Source: a virus
Length of the DNA stretch: 64,000 nucleotides
Virus record (IMG/VR): IMGVR_UViG_3300043418_000120
Span: 96,001 to 160,000 of that record
Reading direction: 5' to 3' (one strand)
A program made the translations under genes and the position numbers. Within the stretch, counting starts at the first letter, position 1; every line of letters starts with the position of its first letter. Below the pieces are notes generated by a model. That model was not told where the DNA came from and ran no database searches. It worked only from the letters and a program-made list of their open reading frames with translations. Below, in pieces: positions 61,904 through 64,000 of the stretch.

Positions 61904-64000
61904 ATGAAAGCAAATCCATCAATTGTTGTCAATAGCCAAGTCCCAGAGTTTATTCGCTCGGACTATGCTAAGTTTATCACATTCCTACAGAAGTACTACC
62001 AATACTTGGAGTCTTCTGGTAATGCGCTAGACGTTATCCGCAATCTAGACACATTCAATGACATCGATGAACAGACTGACCAAGAGATTCTAAGCGTATT
62101 CTACAGCTTGTTCTTGCCAGACTTCCCGCAAGTTGTATCTGTTGACAAACGATTCGTCCTTAAGAACATCGCTGAGTTCTACAACTCAAAGGGTTCTATT
62201 GATTCTATCAAAGCGTTCTTCCGTATTATCTACGGCGAAGAAGTGCAGGTGTATCTACCAAAGGTGGACATCCTAAAGCTAGACGCTGGTGTTTGGAACA
62301 AGGTCTTCAAGATCAAAATCCACAACCTAAGTGCTGGCGAGATCAAACAACTCAACGGCTCAGAAGTATACCAAGTAGACCCAATCAATGGTAACAAGAC
62401 AGTCAAGGCGCGTGTCGTTGACTACACACCAGAGACTGGCACACTGTTCCTGTCGGCAGACAACGTTGTTCTGAACTTCAACAACGCATATCCTGTTTAC
62501 GCAACGAACAGCGAAGGTATTGCCGTTACGTTCTATCTTGAAACACAACTAGCATCAGCATCAGTTACCACTACTGGCCAAAACTATTCTGCTGGTGAAG
62601 CAGCAATTACTCTTGCTGCTGACACCAATGGTGAGAACATTGTTATTGATGGCATCAAGAATGGTGTCATCACTGAGATTAAAGTACTTGATGGTGGTAA
62701 AGACTATTCAATCTACGACACAATCAGCTTCGGTGTAGGACGCGAAGGTGAGATCCCAGCTACAGCTAGAATTGCTATCACAGACAACGATGAACTTACA
62801 TCAGAGACTGACGCTTTCCAGTGGCTAGAACCAGAAGACCGTCTGACATATGATGATGGCTTTGACATCCGTCAAGAGATGGGTGTGTTTGGTAACGAAA
62901 TCTCTTCACCAAACATCAAGTTGAGCGACGAGTCTACAACAAATATGAACTCAGGTTCTATTTCTTCTGGCGAGTTTGGTATCGCAAGTGAGAACCAAAC
63001 TAACGACACAATCACATACTCTCGCGCCAGCTATACATACAACCAAGGCTTGTTCCGTCCAATCGTTCCACGTGTTGGCGCAGTATCAAACTACTCGATC
63101 AACTATGCTCGTGGCGAAAACGTATCGGTTCTTTTGAACGACGAAGAACTATGGATCGGCTCTATCGCCTGCGAAGAAGGCACACCAGCAAATCCTGGCA
63201 CTGTGATCATTCAGTTCGACACTGACGAAGATTACAACAACATGACTGGCTACGAGTTAACCGACCGAACAAGCAACAAGGCAACAGCTCCAACTGTTGG
63301 TGTTGTTAACACCAAGTCAAGCGACGAACGTGTTCTAGATTCCAAGATTGGTGGTCTATCTCTACAACAACAGATTGGTATGTATGACTATGGTCAACAA
63401 ACCCTTTCTCCTCTGTACCCATTCTGCGAGAACAACGCATCAACAAGCACAACTGGTCCAGCAATCTACATCCGCGAATCAAGTCAGCTATGTGGCCACG
63501 ACTTGAACTCTTCACGACCATGGGAATATCGTTTCAAGTTCAAGAAGAACAGCACAGTCAAGGCCAAGATCTATATCATGCCAGTGCAGTATGACCTACG
63601 AAGCACTAAGATCCTTGGCGAAGACGGTGTTGATATCATCGCCGAGTCTGATGACACTAACCTGTTGATTCAAGAAGTGTACGATGGCACAATCAACCGT
63701 GTTGAGTTTGACCCAACAACTGTATTTGCCAATACAATCACATCTCCAGCACATGGCTTCTCAGAAGGCGAAATCATTCGCTTCGAAGAACCTACATACT
63801 CACCAGACTTGACACCATTCCAACTACCACAATACAAAGTTGGTGGTTTGTCTGATCAGAAACTGTATTTCTGTCACGTTGTTAATGATGATCAATTCAA
63901 ACTAATGCCCTACGGCAGCAACAGCGAAGCGTTGAACTATGGTTTGTTTGAGTCGCTAACACCAGCTGCATACCCAGACTATCCTGGTCATTTCCACTCA
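61904..64000 (+). CDS. gp7: Baseplate wedge initiator gp7-like (runs off window)
   Basis: MKANPSIVVNSQVPEFIRSDYAKFITFLQKYYQYLE...FYNSKGS...FFRIIYGE; no stop seen. Confidence 0.8.
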   Translation, partial: MKANPSIVVNSQVPEFIRSDYAKFITFLQKYYQYLESSGNALDVIRNLDTFNDIDEQTDQEILSVFYSLFLPDFPQVVSVDKRFVLKNIAEFYNSKGSIDSIKAFFRIIYGEEVQVYLPKVDILKLDAGVWNKVFKIKIHNLSAGEIKQLNGSEVYQVDPINGNKTVKARVVDYTPETGTLFLSADNVVLNFNNAYPVYATNSEGIAVTFYLETQLASASVTTTGQNYSAGEAAITLAADTNGENIVIDGIKNGVITEIKVLDGGKDYSIYDTISFGVGREGEIPATARIAITDNDELTSETDAFQWLEPEDRLTYDDGFDIRQEMGVFGNEISSPNIKLSDESTTNMNSGSISSGEFGIASENQTNDTITYSRASYTYNQGLFRPIVPRVGAVSNYSINYARGENVSVLLNDEELWIGSIACEEGTPANPGTVIIQFDTDEDYNNMTGYELTDRTSNKATAPTVGVVNTKSSDERVLDSKIGGLSLQQQIGMYDYGQQTLSPLYPFCENNASTSTTGPAIYIRESSQLCGHDLNSSRPWEYRFKFKKNSTVKAKIYIMPVQYDLRSTKILGEDGVDIIAESDDTNLLIQEVYDGTINRVEFDPTTVFANTITSPAHGFSEGEIIRFEEPTYSPDLTPFQLPQYKVGGLSDQKLYFCHVVNDDQFKLMPYGSNSEALNYGLFESLTPAAYPDYPGHFHS

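Noticed and set aside
1-64000. Stop-codon reassignment
   Set aside because: Core genes are intact under the standard code and no CUA/UCA/UUA suppressor tRNA was found

Overview
A 64-kb segment of a large T4-like myovirus genome. It carries primase gp61, ThyX, NrdAB, RNase H, ligase gp30, gp33/gp59/gp32 and a tail/baseplate block (gp26, gp51-like, gp16, gp54, gp2, gp4, gp48, gp53, gp5, PAAR, gp25, gp6, gp7). There are about 16 near-consensus sigma70 promoters and several TATAAATA late promoters. The centre of the window is an RNA-rich region: a circularly permuted two-piece tmRNA close to a ClpP gene, and an array of 33 tRNA genes covering all 20 amino acids. The most striking unexplained signal is a family of 8 non-coding elements that share a perfectly covarying terminal stem (AGGwnnn...nnnwCCT-GTT) followed by a conserved (T)TCWGCAA motif. 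Their variable cargo consists of permuted tRNA domains (T arm, acceptor stem, D arm) or isolated anticodon stem-loops. Two copies sit, each behind its own promoter, directly upstream of a DUF2828-type helical+vWA (Ro60/TROVE-like) gene, suggesting an undescribed Ro/Y-RNA-like ribonucleoprotein system. Other candidates: an attenuator-like leader upstream of the tRNA array whose 39-aa peptide contains all 20 amino acids, an rrn-like boxA, a -1 frameshift linking gp26 to gp51 just before the tape-measure-like gene, an ArfA-like peptide, a palindromic operator family, and a GNAT plus twin PP-loop enzyme cassette. All calls come from reading the sequence by eye; no searches or folding programs were run.
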